DNA of 64,000 nucleotides, taken from the NCBI GenBank assembly GCA_024679065.1, contig JAGIQG010000009.1, forward strand, positions 100,936,001 to 101,000,000, in the 5' to 3' direction. This document shows, piece by piece, positions 26,951 to 40,282 of the stretch (the stretch's first letter is position 1; the number at the start of each line of letters is the position of its first letter). This stretch comes from Sphyrna mokarran. Lineage: Eukaryota. The position numbers and the translations under genes were made by a program. The notes beneath the pieces were generated by a model. The model was not told the DNA's origin. It made no database searches and saw nothing but the letters and a program-made list of their open reading frames with translations.

Positions 26951-26977
26951 CTGATTTGGCTTCACGTATCTTTTCTT
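26951..26977 (-). CDS. 27-nt micro-exon (class B), (E)EKIREAKS
   Basis: gttttgtttttccgcattgcag|AAGAAAAGATACGTGAAGCCAAATCAG|gtgaac; phase 1-1. Confidence 0.83.
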
Positions 26978-28218
26978 CTGCAATGCGGAAAAACAAAACA
27001 ATGTTTGATTCCTGGTATAGAGAATTCCAGGTTTTCTCTTTGATAATATCATGCTTAATAAATGAGTGAAATTTATGAATAAATTTGGAACTGGAACAAA
27101 TCATAAGATGAAACTTGGAGCAAAATAAAGAAAATCTAATTTTCATTCCATGCTCTTCCTTCTCGCGTCGATTTTTCTGGAATTATGCTCAAGCAGTTAC
27201 CGTGTATTTATTTCAAGGACGACGCTTTGATTTGTGCACACACATTGCTTAAAAATCTCGAACATATTCGTTTGCACATCTGTGTTTTACATTTTCTCTA
27301 TTCGTTGGAAACTTCACATTCCTGCTTAAGAAGGTCTACTTGTTCGGTCAGTTTTCACCAGTGGCTTCATACTTAACATTCAAGTGTGTACGCCGTACCA
27401 CTCCAGCAAAAAGCTACGGTGCTTACGTATACAAAAACATTAAGATTGGTTTGTGCAAATTTGTAATATTTCGAAATTGCAAACTATTGAAGATATCATT
27501 ATTAACGTTGGCATTTTGGCTCCATGCAAAATTACACTTATAATTTAGACGATAGTTAGTCTTGCAATATAAATGGAGATGAGGCGTGGTTACAATGTGT
27601 CTTGTCACCTACCCTTCAGTTGGCCGCAGCATTTGGCGATGCATTGCATTTATGCACGCATCCCATTCCCAGTTCAGTAGCATGTCCTCAATAATACAAG
27701 AAAGCCATAACCTTCGGAAACCAAAAGAATAAAAAGCTGGGAAGTTTCAGAAGTTTGGCAGCATCTAAAAGAGGAGACGTTTCCATTTCAGATGGTGCTT
27801 GATGCAAGCGTCTTTCAACCATGGTGGCTCATCATCATAGGCTTCTCATTAGAATAATGCTAGAGGCAGGGAAGGTGCAAGTGATTTCTCAGACCGCATC
27901 TTAATCGCCCGCTTCCTGGAAAATCAGTTACAAGTTGCAAGTACCAGAATTTTAAGCTTTCCGAAAAGAATTTAAGTTCTCAGTTCTGAAATAGCAAATG
28001 TGCCATGCCCTGAGATTTCTTTGATTATTTTGTTTTGCTGAATGGCGTTATGAATGTTAAAGTTATCTGTTGCTATTTATTAGTAGACCAAATGTCCATG
28101 GATACCATGAAATGGAAAACCAAAACAGGCTGCAGTAATGTGTCTCCATATAGTGCGCTGTTTTGTTTGACGTATTCGGCATACCAGATTTTCAGTAATA
28201 TATCAATATAATGCTTAC

Positions 28219-28236
28219 CATCGTCCAGCAGGTGTT
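28219..28236 (-). CDS. 18-nt micro-exon, (Q/E)HLLDD
   Basis: tccatttcgttgtag|AACACCTGCTGGACGATG|gtaagc; phase 1-1, strong donor. Confidence 0.65.
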
Positions 28237-28411
28237 CTACAACGAAATGGATATTAATCCTGATAAGTACTACAAAATTCGTATCGATCATATTAATGGA
28301 ATTTACAAGAAAATTCAAGGCAAACAGTGTAATGAGAAAAATAAATTGAGGCCTCGTTACCGGATGAAGAACATCTGCCTCTGTGATATTGTAATTGGTA
28401 AGTACGCTTAC

Positions 28412-28426
28412 GTTTCTCTTTGTCAA
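28412..28426 (-). CDS. 15-nt micro-exon, (V)DKEK
   Basis: ctttttgctccttttcgcag|TTGACAAAGAGAAAC|gtaagc; phase 1-1, strong acceptor and donor. Confidence 0.7.
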
Positions 28427-28596
28427 CTGCGAAAAGGAGCAAAAAGACCGCCTTTTAATAATTAAATGCGGGTCAGCGACATATACGTGTCATGAAAGTA
28501 AGGCAAAGCTGATATGAGGCGATGAGAAATTATAGGGATCTCGTAAGCCTTTATATATCATTACTTAAACCTAAAAGATGCTTTGAAACTTTCAAA

Positions 28597-28942
28597 CGGC
28601 AGGCACGGTGGTACAATAGTTCGCACTGCGGGTTCACATCGCCAAGGACTAATGTTCAAATCCTGCCTGGGGGATTGCCTGTGAGGAGTTTTAACATAGT
28701 ACATTGACTGCGTGAGTTTCACCCCGTTGCTCCGTTTTCCTCCCTCAATCCAAATGTGTGAAGGTTAGATAGGTTGGTCTTACTAAATTGCCCCTTGAAG
28801 TCCCAAAATATATATATATATTTTTTTTGCAGAGGGATGAATTAGTGCGGCAAATACTCTGGAAATGCTGTGTCGACAATCTTTGCACGCTCAACGGGCC
28901 GAATGGCCTCCGTCGGCACCGTAGCAATTACTGGATTCTATG
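28597..28942 (+). mobile_element. HE1-type V-SINE, full length and diverged
   Basis: Head ggcaggcacggtggtacaatagttcgcactgc...gttcaaatcc; V domain ttgctccgttttcctccctcaatccaaatgtgtgaaggttag; CR1-like tail gggccgaatggcctcc...gattctatg. Confidence 0.8.
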
Positions 28943-28994
28943 GGAACATATAAATTGGCAGGTCATGCCAGTTATATTTTTGTTTTTCTCTCAC

Positions 28995-29030
28995 CTTGTT
29001 TCTTCAGAGCATCTTTTAGATCGTCCACTT
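28995..29030 (-). CDS. 36-nt micro-exon (class A), (E)VDDLKDALKKQ
   Basis: catgtttatattccag|AAGTGGACGATCTAAAAGATGCTCTGAAGAAACAAG|gtgaga; phase 1-1. Confidence 0.87.
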
Positions 29031-29189
29031 CTGGAATATAAACATGTATTAAAAACACGTTTACTTGCCATTTATAATTCAAACGGGCCATTATTCTAAA
29101 GTGTCACTTTCAATGACCATTTCTCTGCTTTCTTGTCATGCCACTTGTTCCACCAAGTGCCACCTCTGTCTTGTGATGATTTATTTTCC

Positions 29190-30412
29190 TAGCACCTCCT
29201 GGAACAGTGTTTGTGGAACCAATCAGGGAGCACGCTGCTCTGTATATCGTATTGTGTAATGAAGAGAGATTACATCATTACATTAAAGTTAAGGAGCCGT
29301 GATCATAGCCTGGTAAGATTCAAAAATCAATTTTTGGTGTGAGCAAGTTTAGTCCCATATTAACGTTCCAGAATTAAATAAATGAAATTGCAAAATTATG
29401 AGGGTAGATTTGGCCCGAGTAGAGTGGGCAAGAAGGCTAAAATTTGGACAGCGTAAGAACGACAGCAGACGTTTAAGGACATAATCAATTACACACAACT
29501 AAAAAATAAACACAGTGACAAATAAAGGGCGTTAAAAATAAAACAACCAACGTTAACCAATAAGTCCGAGGGTCATATAAAGATAAAAGAAGTGTATCAT
29601 ATTATAAAGGCAGTGGATATCTGGAAGAGTGGCAAACTTTCAAACACAAGCAACAGCATAGTTAAAAAAAAGTAACAAGAAGAGTTAAAGTAAATTACGA
29701 AAAATAAAGCGCAATGCATCAATATGATAGCAAAATCTGTATCTATTCGTAAAAGGGATGGGTATCGCTAAGGTGAATCTTAGTCCCTTCGAAAATGAAA
29801 TCGGGAGTTCGTAGTGCGGAGCGCTGGAATAGCAGGGATGCTAAATAAATACTTTGCCTCAGTTTTCACAGTGAAGGAAACCAGTACCATTCATGTAGAA
29901 TCGAGCAAGTCAGAGGCAATAGAACAATTGCATCTATAGGGAAATGGTACTCAACAAACTATTTGAATTGAGGGCAGACAACCATACCGCATACCATTCA
30001 CTACTACACCAGCGCCCTCCTCCCCCATCCATCCCCACTGCCTGTTTGCGTAAATCCGAGGATATTACAGGAATAGCGGTGTCGATTGTGGATCTATTGG
30101 TTCTAAAATTCCGAAATTTCCTGGGCACAGAAATGTTCCAGTGGATTGATAAAATTCTGATGTCCTGCCCTTATCCAAAAAAAGGAGGGACAAAAAATGT
30201 GGGAAATTTCAGACCAGTTAGTTTAAGGTCTGCTGTTGAGAAAGTATATGATTCAATTATCAAAGACTTAAAATCAGGTCATATGAAATGCCAAAATGCT
30301 ATCCATCATGTTCAGCGTTGTTTTGTGGAGGGCAAATCATGGTTGACTAATTTGGTCGAATTCTTCCAAGATGTAACATGCAAAATGCATAATGCGGATC
30401 TTGTTGATGAAT
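29190..30412 (+). mobile_element. Degenerate CR1 ORF2 internal fragment (endonuclease end to RT N-terminus)
   Basis: ORF 29944..30414 contains KKGGTKNVGNFRPVSLRSAVEK...FVEGKSWLTNLVEFFQDVT; upstream ctaaataaatactttgcctcagttttcaca (LNKYFASVFT). Confidence 0.88.
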
Positions 30413-30424
30413 AATTAAATTCAC

Positions 30425-30451
30425 CTCTTTCCTTTTTACGTAGGTTGTCCT
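30425..30451 (-). CDS. 27-nt micro-exon (class B), (E)DNLRKKER
   Basis: tactttctttttacag|AGGACAACCTACGTAAAAAGGAAAGAG|gtgaat; phase 1-1; close paralogue of 60263-60289. Confidence 0.87.
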
Positions 30452-31319
30452 CTGTAAAAAGAAAGTATACTTTCTTATTCAAGTCACTTTTCAGATTCAT
30501 TTTGGTGACATCTACTGTAAATTCTGACTGGCAGTTGTGAACGAACTCAACCGCTCTTAAATCAACTTCATAATTCATCAGATCCAAATTACGTTGTTAT
30601 TAATGCCAATATTCAAATCTAGCTTTGAAATATTCGGTCCTTCGATTTTGTCTGTCCAGAATGTCATCAAAACTTTGCACTACGCGAGGTATAAAATCAG
30701 AAGCTCGATAATATTGTGCATCATCTTAATAATTTTGTATAATCAATTGCAAAATATATTGCATCTCAATAATCCCTAGAGTGTGAACTTTTGAAATTCG
30801 AACGGAAAATAATTAAATTTTCTTAAACCTGAATCGTACATCCAACGTATAGAGAGAAGCCTCGGATAATAACCAATTCTGCTATATTTCTTGTCAGGAA
30901 TATGAAATTCCACAGGATGAAACATTATTAATTTGGTTAGAGTCAGACTAAATGCATATCAAGTAGATATTTACTGCTAACAAAATACTTAATGTTCAAG
31001 TCCTAAGTACGGAAATCTGTCCTTGCAGTTTTCTGACCGTAAACCAACTTGACCGTGAAGTATGTACTACTCTTCCAAAACAAATAACCCATGGTGTCAA
31101 TAATTTATTACACTTTTTTTGATGATTAATTTGATTTCGTCGAAGAATAATTGTCGAACAGAGTACATTCTTCTTTTAAGAAATGTCTTCCAGTTTTGCA
31201 TCAAGTGATTTGCCCTGTGCCAAAATATATTATGAATTCATGTGAAACCTGGTTCAATTATGCCTGGTTGCTTGTAACGTTAGGTCTTGCTGATAGTACT
31301 TCGAAAAGATTTCCCTCAC

Positions 31320-31355
31320 CAACATATTGTTTGTCTTCCTTCAGTTTTTCTATTT
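31320..31355 (-). CDS. 36-nt micro-exon (class A), (E)IEKLKEDKQYV
   Basis: gttttgactttaatttgcag|AAATAGAAAAACTGAAGGAAGACAAACAATATGTTG|gtgagg; phase 1-1. Confidence 0.87.
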
Positions 31356-32569
31356 CTGCAAATTAAAGTCAAAACGAACAAATTTACTCATTATACCAGG
31401 TTCAATATGATAACCTAAACATTCCTAAACGTTCTCTGTGACACTTAATAAACATGTTCATTTTCCTTCTGGCTTGAAGAACGACTGAAAGTGGCCTCAG
31501 GACTTGAATTTGCTTTTCCCAAGATTATCTATTCTCACCCATCCTACCATCCATCAGTGGATTGGCAGGACAGGGAGCCAATATCACATTTCAGACGTCT
31601 GTCAGCTTTGTAGTCAACATTGTGAGTACATAGAAGAGGATGTGTTCAGGCAGACAGTGAGTGAAAATTATTCAGACCTCTATTCAATGAAGAAGCAAAA
31701 GATACAATTTGAAAGCAGAATCCATGATGATTTGAGGACTATCAGCATCAACATAATTTTATGAAAAGTGAACCCGTGATCTCTTCGCAGGCACATTTGT
31801 TGAATTAAAATTGGGATGATTCCGGCAATCAAGGAAGAGTTTAAGAGAACATAATGACGAATGTTATTTTTTCCATGTGTGGAATAGAAAATAACTACGT
31901 ACCGACATCAAAGTACAATCACTCAGCAATCTACTGGGAATTGAAAAGAGCACTCCTCTCAGTACGGCATAGAGTGAATTGAAACTCATGCCCATAAATG
32001 GCGGATGAGAGGAATAGTATAGATGCATGCAAGGGGGCAAAGGCTAATACCTTACAGAAATGTGGATGGATGGTTGCAATCTTAGATTTTGATTACAAAT
32101 TCTGAGCCTGTTTTGTTCGATCATGTTCATGAACGTGGCAAGAGTTTGTCAAGTCTTCTGTTCTGGTAATGGAAATCCTATTTAATCACATTAAATCTTA
32201 TGTAACACATGCAGCCTCTGGAGAAGTATTTGAATTTACTAAGAATTTTATTTTGTGAACCTTCTGAATCTACGATATTTGATTGCTGGCACATTAAAAA
32301 AGCATGAGCATTATAACATTCAAATAGAAAATCAAACCGACAATTAATCAGTTCCAACAAATGTATTCACTCCACCCAACGTCCATAGTTGAAAATTAAT
32401 TTCAAAGAGAAGAAATGACAGTGAACACATTTCCGATTTTCACAGATTTCGGAGCCCAGCGTGCTATTGCAAAATATGCAAGGAAAGTGTTGCAGCTGTA
32501 CCACCAACTAGCACTTCTGATAGTTCGCAAAATCCATAAGGAAAGACTGTCATGGTTGCCTCGTATTTA

Positions 32570-34480
32570 TTATTATCTTGACTCCACACTTTGTCTTCTG
32601 GTGGATTGTCCTCCCTCCTGCATCCGGGATTCCTCTGATGTCCTGTCTCATAATGATAGCTTCCAGTTTTCAGGGCCTCACTGCCTCCTGTTTATCATGG
32701 ATGCACAATCTCCCTATGACTCCATTCCAACTGGAATGGACTGAGAGCACTTCGCTTCTTCCTTGAAAAGAGGCATGAATAATTCCCCTTCTCTGCCTGG
32801 CTGAACACATCCATCTCTCAACCAAGCGTCTTTTAACTCATCCAACTCTCTCCAAATCAAAGATGTCGCAAATAGTATCCGCATGGGTCCTAGCTTTGCC
32901 TGTCTTTCTCATGCAGAGGTGGAACATTCCTTGTTCCAGGCCTACACTAGTCCCGTCCCACAACACATTTCCTGGTACATCAATGACTATATTTGCGCTG
33001 CTTCGTGGTCTTGTCAGGGCCTAGAAAAATTGATCAACTTCGCTTCCACTCTACTCCACCATCACTTTCACCTGGTCAATGTTAGGCACTTCTTTCCGTT
33101 TTTTTACGGCCGGGGGGGGGGGCGCTTTCTCTATCCATTTCTGGCAATAAACTACGAAACAATATCCACCAAAAGCCCACTGACCCTTACAGTTATTTAG
33201 ACTACAGCTCATTCCAGCACATTCCCTCATTTCATTCACCTCCCTCACAATTGTCTGTTGACGCCATTTTCCAAAGTTGTCATTCTAACATGTACTCACA
33301 TTTCCTCAACCATGGTTTTCTATCTACAGTTTTGACAAGAACAGCTTGCGTTCCATCTTCCATGCCACGAGGCTCACCCCCTCCCTTCCTTCCGTGGACG
33401 AAGGTAGATAACCCTTTTTTTCTCCCATTTCCAGAACACTAGTCTTTACATGCAAAGCATAATGCTCCGCTACTTCTGCCAACTTCAGCGTGATGCCACC
33501 ACCGAGCACATCTTTGCTTCACTACCACTTTCATCAGTCTGCGGAGATCACTCCCTCCGGTATAACCTATTCTACTCCTCCCCTGTACCTTACACCATTT
33601 CATCACCCATAGCGCCTTCCCACGGATTCACAGAATGTGTCACACCTGCCGTTTACTTTTATCAATCTTTCCATCCAAGATCCAAATCACTAATTGCAAG
33701 TTAAAACAGTGTTTCACTTGCACCTCTTTCAATTTTATGTACTGCATTCGCTGCTCCGATTGCGGTTTCCTCCATAGCGGAGAGACCAAATGCCGACTGT
33801 GTGATCGTATTGCTAAACACATTTGTTCTACTACAATCAGGACCCTGACCGTATTGTTCTTTGCCATTTTAACACGCAGCCCTATTTCCATGCATACATG
33901 TCTGTCCTTTCACTGTTGTAATTTGCTTAAGAAGCTTAACGCAAACTGCACAAACAACACCTTCTCTTGTGGTTAGGCATGTTACAAACTTCCGGACTTA
34001 ACATCGAACTCAACAAGTTCAGATGATTAACTCTACCCCACATCAACCTCTTTGTTGTAATTTTATTCATTTTTTTTCACGGTTCTCTACCATTTATTTA
34101 TTGTTTTTCTTCACTTTCCTTCTCCCCAAACCTTTCCCTTATTTCATCCCCTCTTTCATTATTTTTTCTTCCCCTTCGCTTACCCTTTCTCCCCCATCCC
34201 CCCACATCTTCATTTGCCCCAGCTTACCCTCTGGTTTCAGTTTATCCGCCGTATGGCCATTCATAACTATTATTCTCTCTATGGACTGCCATTAATAGCT
34301 GTTCCCCTTGTTTTTGTTTTAAATAACTATGGCTCATCTTTCCTTCCCACATGCAACAGTATAAATATTTCCCACTTTCTATGCCTTTTAGCTTCGACAG
34401 ACCATCAGAGATTCGAAACGTCAGCTCTTTTCTCTCGTTACAGATGCTGTCAGTTTTATTGAGATTTCCACTATTTTCCC
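32570..34480 (+). mobile_element. Degenerate Penelope-like retroelement (RT, GIY-YIG endonuclease and 3' terminal region)
   Basis: LLFIMDAQSPYDSIP, MGPSFACL...WYINDYI (YIDD-like) and FTCTSFNFMYCIRCSDCGFLHSGETKCRLCDRIAKH (GIY-YIG-like) appear in successive frameshifted ORFs. Confidence 0.88.
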
Positions 34481-35830
34481 ATTTGGTCGCCAGATCTTTT
34501 GAGATTTCGTTTTTGGAGCGTGCGTCTCACGAATTTCACTGTCCAGGATGTAAAGAGACAGGATGCACAATAGGATGCGGACCCAAAGGAAACGATTTCT
34601 TTCACTCGGAAGCCTAATGCCTCACAATAATTAGCAGCAAATTTGTCATGTTCGTGTCAAATCAAATAGGCTTGCATTTCAGATACGGTTTGAACATAAG
34701 CACGTCTAATTCCGATACGGCTGTCCACGTATATTAGTCATTGCCAAGAAACTTGACAAATATATGACAAATGGACTGAAGGCAATATTCAATAATGTTT
34801 GATTTGCTTCCCATGTGTGAACTCCGATTGCAACACTGTCGTATGTCTCAAAGAAGAAGACCAGCATCACTGAGATCAGGTAAGAGATTGCAAGGTAAGA
34901 TCTGAAGGAGTGAAGCAGCCAGGAAAACTGACAATTCGAAGTGATGCATACATTGATAGTGAAAACATGGATTGATTGCAACCAAACATAACACAAAGGA
35001 ATATGATTGCAACGCCCCAGGCAAGTTCTACTTTTCATTGCTTCACAGAATGTCCCCATGGCTGCGAGACCAACCTTAGGTTACTCAGCCAAATATCATG
35101 GGGAAAGTGCCGGCAAGCAGCCGAGTGTTGTAGGTGCTGTAGGTGCAAACAAGGTGTTGTTACAAAGGTTTGCAGTGCCGATTGACAGCAATGAAATTGC
35201 TGTAGATGTTTAAGTCACATTGCCTCGCGGCTTGAATGAAGATTTGTTGTAAATTAAGTTTCAAGGATTTTCTATGTTGCTTGGATCAAAAATTGGTTTG
35301 TACAGTCGAAGATGATTTAAGCGTTACATTTCTCTAAGGCAACGCTCCGAACGTTGACCACAAGAGGACGGATTGTATGCTGATAATTTTAAAATGATGG
35401 ATGAAGGCTGGGACAAGCAGAATTCTTTACATATTTGTTGCTGATGTTTTAGCGATTGTTGCCTTCCCATTAATTCGGACACTAATAACACTCCTCGCAA
35501 TCCAAATGTACTATAGGATGAATATTAGAAGGCAAGAACGGAGTTCCTCATTGCAAAATTTCCAGTTCTTGTTTAATGCGCATTTGCTATATGATTTCCC
35601 ATTTTGCTCAGCCATCAATCTAATCAATTGTGCATTATTTAACCCTAAGACCTAAAAGAATATGTTATATGCAGCAAATTACTTCTTTCTAATTCTGCCA
35701 ACGCCAGTTTGCTGTTTTCAATGTAAATAGTATTGGTATATCGTGAGCTCTACATGACAGAAAGTGCATTCGTCGAACCGACTTGCAGTCAATAATTGAA
35801 ATACTGGAAAACGCATCTTGGTTAACTTAC

Positions 35831-35857
35831 CTGTATCCTTTATAAGAAGTTGTCTCA
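35831..35857 (-). CDS. 27-nt micro-exon (class B), (M/V)RQLLIKDT
   Basis: tttcttgtcttctcaaacag|TGAGACAACTTCTTATAAAGGATACAG|gtaagt; consensus donor, KD motif. Confidence 0.85.
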
Positions 35858-38800
35858 CTGTTTGAGAAGACAAGAAAGTAAATATTAAACGCCAACATAT
35901 ACGTCAGATTTTTAGAAACAAAACACTTTGATCAAATGCAAAGGAACATTTGGCTTCCACTCATTTGCTTAGTTTTCAGATAAACACTTGAGGCTTATAT
36001 TTTACATGCAATTTTAGGGCATATTTGTTGAGATACAATTAAATAAAATGAATGTTTATACACAAAGAAACGTATCTCTTAATGTTCAAGATCTTCCAAA
36101 TGCATTAATATTTCCATTCTAATACCTCGTTTAAAATAACATTCAAACACCGATCAATTCGAATAGTTGGTCAATACATCAGTCTCCAAACAGCTTTATA
36201 ATCGTATTCATAATTACATGTGTGAAATATCAAGCTTTAGTATTAGCTACCAGCATGGTAAAATAGTAGCAATGTTTTCTTTCTCTGACCTGAGCTGCCG
36301 ACCTCATATCTTTTTCATCAATATGACTTCCTTCGCGAGTATCCATACTATCGAGTATTCGTTCTTTGATTCATAGTGTACAGTATGAAAATTCTTATTC
36401 ATGCTTCAGTTGCCTCTAGTTTTATCCTTCAAATATGATGTTAATAGAAAAAACTATGCGTAGCACAATTTGATTCACAACAGATACTTTTAACAGTGTA
36501 ATCAGGTATTCAGTAGTCGAACTGAGTATTATCAAGATTCTTATTTATCCCTATGCCGACAGTCTCAACAGCCTTTCGAATTCACATATATTCAGAACGC
36601 CGTTCGCCTCATACGAGTTTCAAACTTTTTAGGTCAGCAGTTCTACTCAATTCTTATCTAAATTCCCTTCTGGAGATTTTCACACACATAGTCTTTACTA
36701 ATTTTTAGGCTAGTTATTTTCTTTTTTCAAAGATGTAATTTCCTGTACCAATGTCGGGATTATTAAACATTGTAACTTGAAGCGCATTGTAATATTTTAA
36801 ATTAGAAACGTAAATTAGCAGTGTAAGTTGTCATTGCATTTGAGGACATTCATTTATCTGCTATCATAATATTTCGAATTGAATATTCGTTTCAGTACAA
36901 GAAAGCTTGTGTGGTTGTTCCTCGAAAGAATGATAATACTAGACTTGGAAAATATAACAGCAACACATTCAAGCACAGAAATGAACGAATACTTTCACCC
37001 AAGAACGCATAGCAAAATGTATCAGCAGGAAAAGATGCAGTGAGCAATATTAGAGAACAGGCGGAATGAAGAACGTAATGTTAATGGAGACTAGTAAAAT
37101 GTACAATAACAACAGGGGGGTGTGAGTGAACGACGGGCTTTAAGAACGCATGCCAAATTGCAGATACATAAATAAACTCTGGGAAATAATAGTGTTTCGC
37201 TGGATAAATAAGTTAGAATTTATCAAATTACAAAAGAATAAAACGAAAGGCAGAGATGAAGATACATATTAAGGTAAAGGAAAAATACTACAGCTACTGA
37301 ACACTGAAATAGAAAATCAGAAAATTCTCGGAAACTTAAAAGATCTCACAGCATTGTGGAAAGAAAGACAGTAGTGTCGATGTTTAGAGTAAGAACGGCA
37401 CGGACAAGTACCGGGCATTTGAAAGAAACAGTCAAGCAGTACAGCAATTCAGAAAGTTGCTGAATACTGAGTACTGACTAAAACCGGGCAACTAAAAACA
37501 ATATATATAAATCATGTTTTCTTTGGTGTCTTCCATGGGACCAGAAAATATTAGGAACATGTGAAGGAACAGATTAAATTACAGTGAAGTAACAGTATGA
37601 GACATTACTGCAATGTGATTGATGACTATATATACACACGTAAAATGGTAACAATCTCCTTACACCAGCCATTTCCCCTCTATCAGCATCCGAACCGAAC
37701 CCACTCACAGCTGCACTGGTCTAACGCGCAGTTTCGTTGTAAAACGTTAAATTTGCTGACTTAAGTGGACCCACTGAGCAAATGATAGTTGGAAAAGAAA
37801 GCTGAAAGCACGTTTCATTCGTTTTTGGATAAGGAAACAAAATATTTGAGGCCTGACTGAGTTCCCAGCTTTTCCATTCAGTCTGAAAGTAATTGGGCAC
37901 CGTCCGCGGAGCACTGACATCCGCCTCAGCATACTCATTACTCCTTATAGAGAAAGGTGAGTGAGAATCATCATTGCGCAGATTTTAAGTAACTGCTTTG
38001 GAAGATAACAACACAAAATTATATGAAAACCTGAACAGAACCCTCACTCGGAGCTCACAGGTCGAAAGCATCATTGTCTTCGAGCAGTGCAAAGAGGATG
38101 TGCCTTGAGATGGTGCATTGAGAAAATAAAGTGTAGAGTTGCATTATCAATGGACTTCCTCCAATGATTCTTTGCAGGTCTGGGGATGTGTACCACTAAC
38201 ATTAAGCCGAGAGCACAGGTAAAAAGTAAATATTTGAATGCACCGGATACCCAATCTAAGGAGTTAATTTGGTCTCAATATCACACGCATGAGGAATCTA
38301 AATATGTGATCATCACCAGGTTTATGAGCAGGTATTTCTCTACTAACCATAATATAACATAATTTTTTGACCGCTCATTGAGGGAAAAAACAAATGCCTT
38401 TTTTTTCGGAGTAAAGAGGGCACTTATTTCAATGATATGCATTCATTAACAGCTCTGCTCTGAAACAAAAATAAAATCACTGTTTTCGAACCTCCCCACC
38501 TGACATAGAGAGTTAATTACGGAAACGCTTGCAACCTGGTCCAAATATGAAAACCAGGAAAGAAAACCCGCCAGTGTGGAGGTTGGGAGACAATATCAAT
38601 TATGCACACTTATCGAAGGCACCGGCTCCGAAAGAAAGTTCAGGAGCAACTTACAAATCAGCGGAAATGTCTATCTAATCCTGAGAAATGCATTTGGAAT
38701 TTGGGATCAACAGTGAATTCTTCAGAACGTCGAAAATGTTAAGATTGTTAGCTGAGGAAAAATATCTGTGAAATGTTGTAATACTTTTTAATGTTAAGCA

Positions 38801-40052
38801 ATTTATCATCCCATTTAATGTCTATTAATTGCCACGTCCATCTCTGAAATAACAAATTAACATTTCTGCAATAAGAAGTCCATGACCTGCAGGCAAAAAA
38901 AAATTGTGCTAGCAATATCTTGGACATTGCAAGTTTTGGAGTAACCTGGACATCTACGCCCTATGCAGATACGGAACTAATCAACCTAAGCCTTCCATTC
39001 AAGCCACACCAAATAAATACTATTGTTAGGCAACCAAACTGGTTTCTTGAGAATCTGAACCACTGGCGCCGCAATTTTCAGTTCTATAATCACAGAATGA
39101 ATGTCACGATGAAATTAATCTCTTCTCTTTCTTTGGGTTACGTTCCCAATTCTTTGAGCACCATTGACGCAATAAGACTGTGGATTTTTTTTTTAGCCGA
39201 ATTCAGTTTATTTGATAGAGTTGGAAAATTAATTTGTCATTTTGAGAATGGGATGAAGTGACATTTCTCGATTGTTCTAAACATGCAGAAAACTTTGATG
39301 AATACAATGGCTTGGAACATGGCTGGCAAGGCCAATGCGCTTTCTAATATATTTCACGAACGTTGTTGGATGTTTAATTCGAAATGCTAATGAAATGTAT
39401 ACCTGCTTCAAAATAAACATGCATCACTACAGACTGATGTGGCAGAATTCTGCAGCTTGCATACCAGATACCAGGATATGGTAATATGCTTTGCCAATGA
39501 GTATGCGCTTTTGTTACATTGTGACAATGAACTTCACATTCTCATAAATTGTTTTTTTTTCAAAGCAGGGGACGAGTGTTCTTGTTTTTCTTTATCAACA
39601 GAAGTAATATATTGCATCAAACAGCAAGATATGACTACAACTCACGAACTCTAGTAATTACATATAAAGGTTACAGACAACTTCTGCTATCTAAGATCGA
39701 AAGTTCTTGCAACATATGCACAAGTTTTGACAGAGAACACCAAGCCTTAGATCAGAACCTTACATTACGGTAGAGGAAATTAATTATCTGCCATAAAACA
39801 AGACAATCTATGCACAAGTTCATTATAATATGTCTTTGTGTATGAGTCATGGACTTACAGAAATATCGACGCTTTGAATTGTTGCCACATGCTGTTGCAC
39901 TCGGCAAACAAAGGGCATTAAATGAAAAGTGTGTTGTCATTTCAACTGGGATATGGGCATGAGATGTCGCCCTCACTATGTAGCATGGTTGTGGAGGCTA
40001 TCCATGTTTGAGTGGCAAAGAGCCAGGAATCAATATTTTCAATTATGTAGAT

Positions 40053-40282
40053 TAGAACATAGAACATAGAACATTACAGCGCAGTACAGGCCCTTCGGCC
40101 CTCGATGTTGCGCCGGCCAGTGAACCCTCTAACCTAAACTATTCCAATATCATCCATATGCCTATCCACCGAACATTTGAATGCCCCCAAAGTAGGCGAG
40201 TCCTCAACTGCTGCAGGCAGGGCATTCCACGCCCTCACCACCCTCTGTGTAAAGAACCTGCCTCTGACATCCGTCCTATAAC
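40053..40282 (-). mobile_element. Relatively young CR1 3' end with a (TTCTATG)n tail
   Basis: agaacatagaacatagaacattacagcgcagtacaggcccttcggccctcgatgttgcgcc...ggcattccacgccctcaccaccctctgtgtaaagaacc; CpGs retained. Confidence 0.85.
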
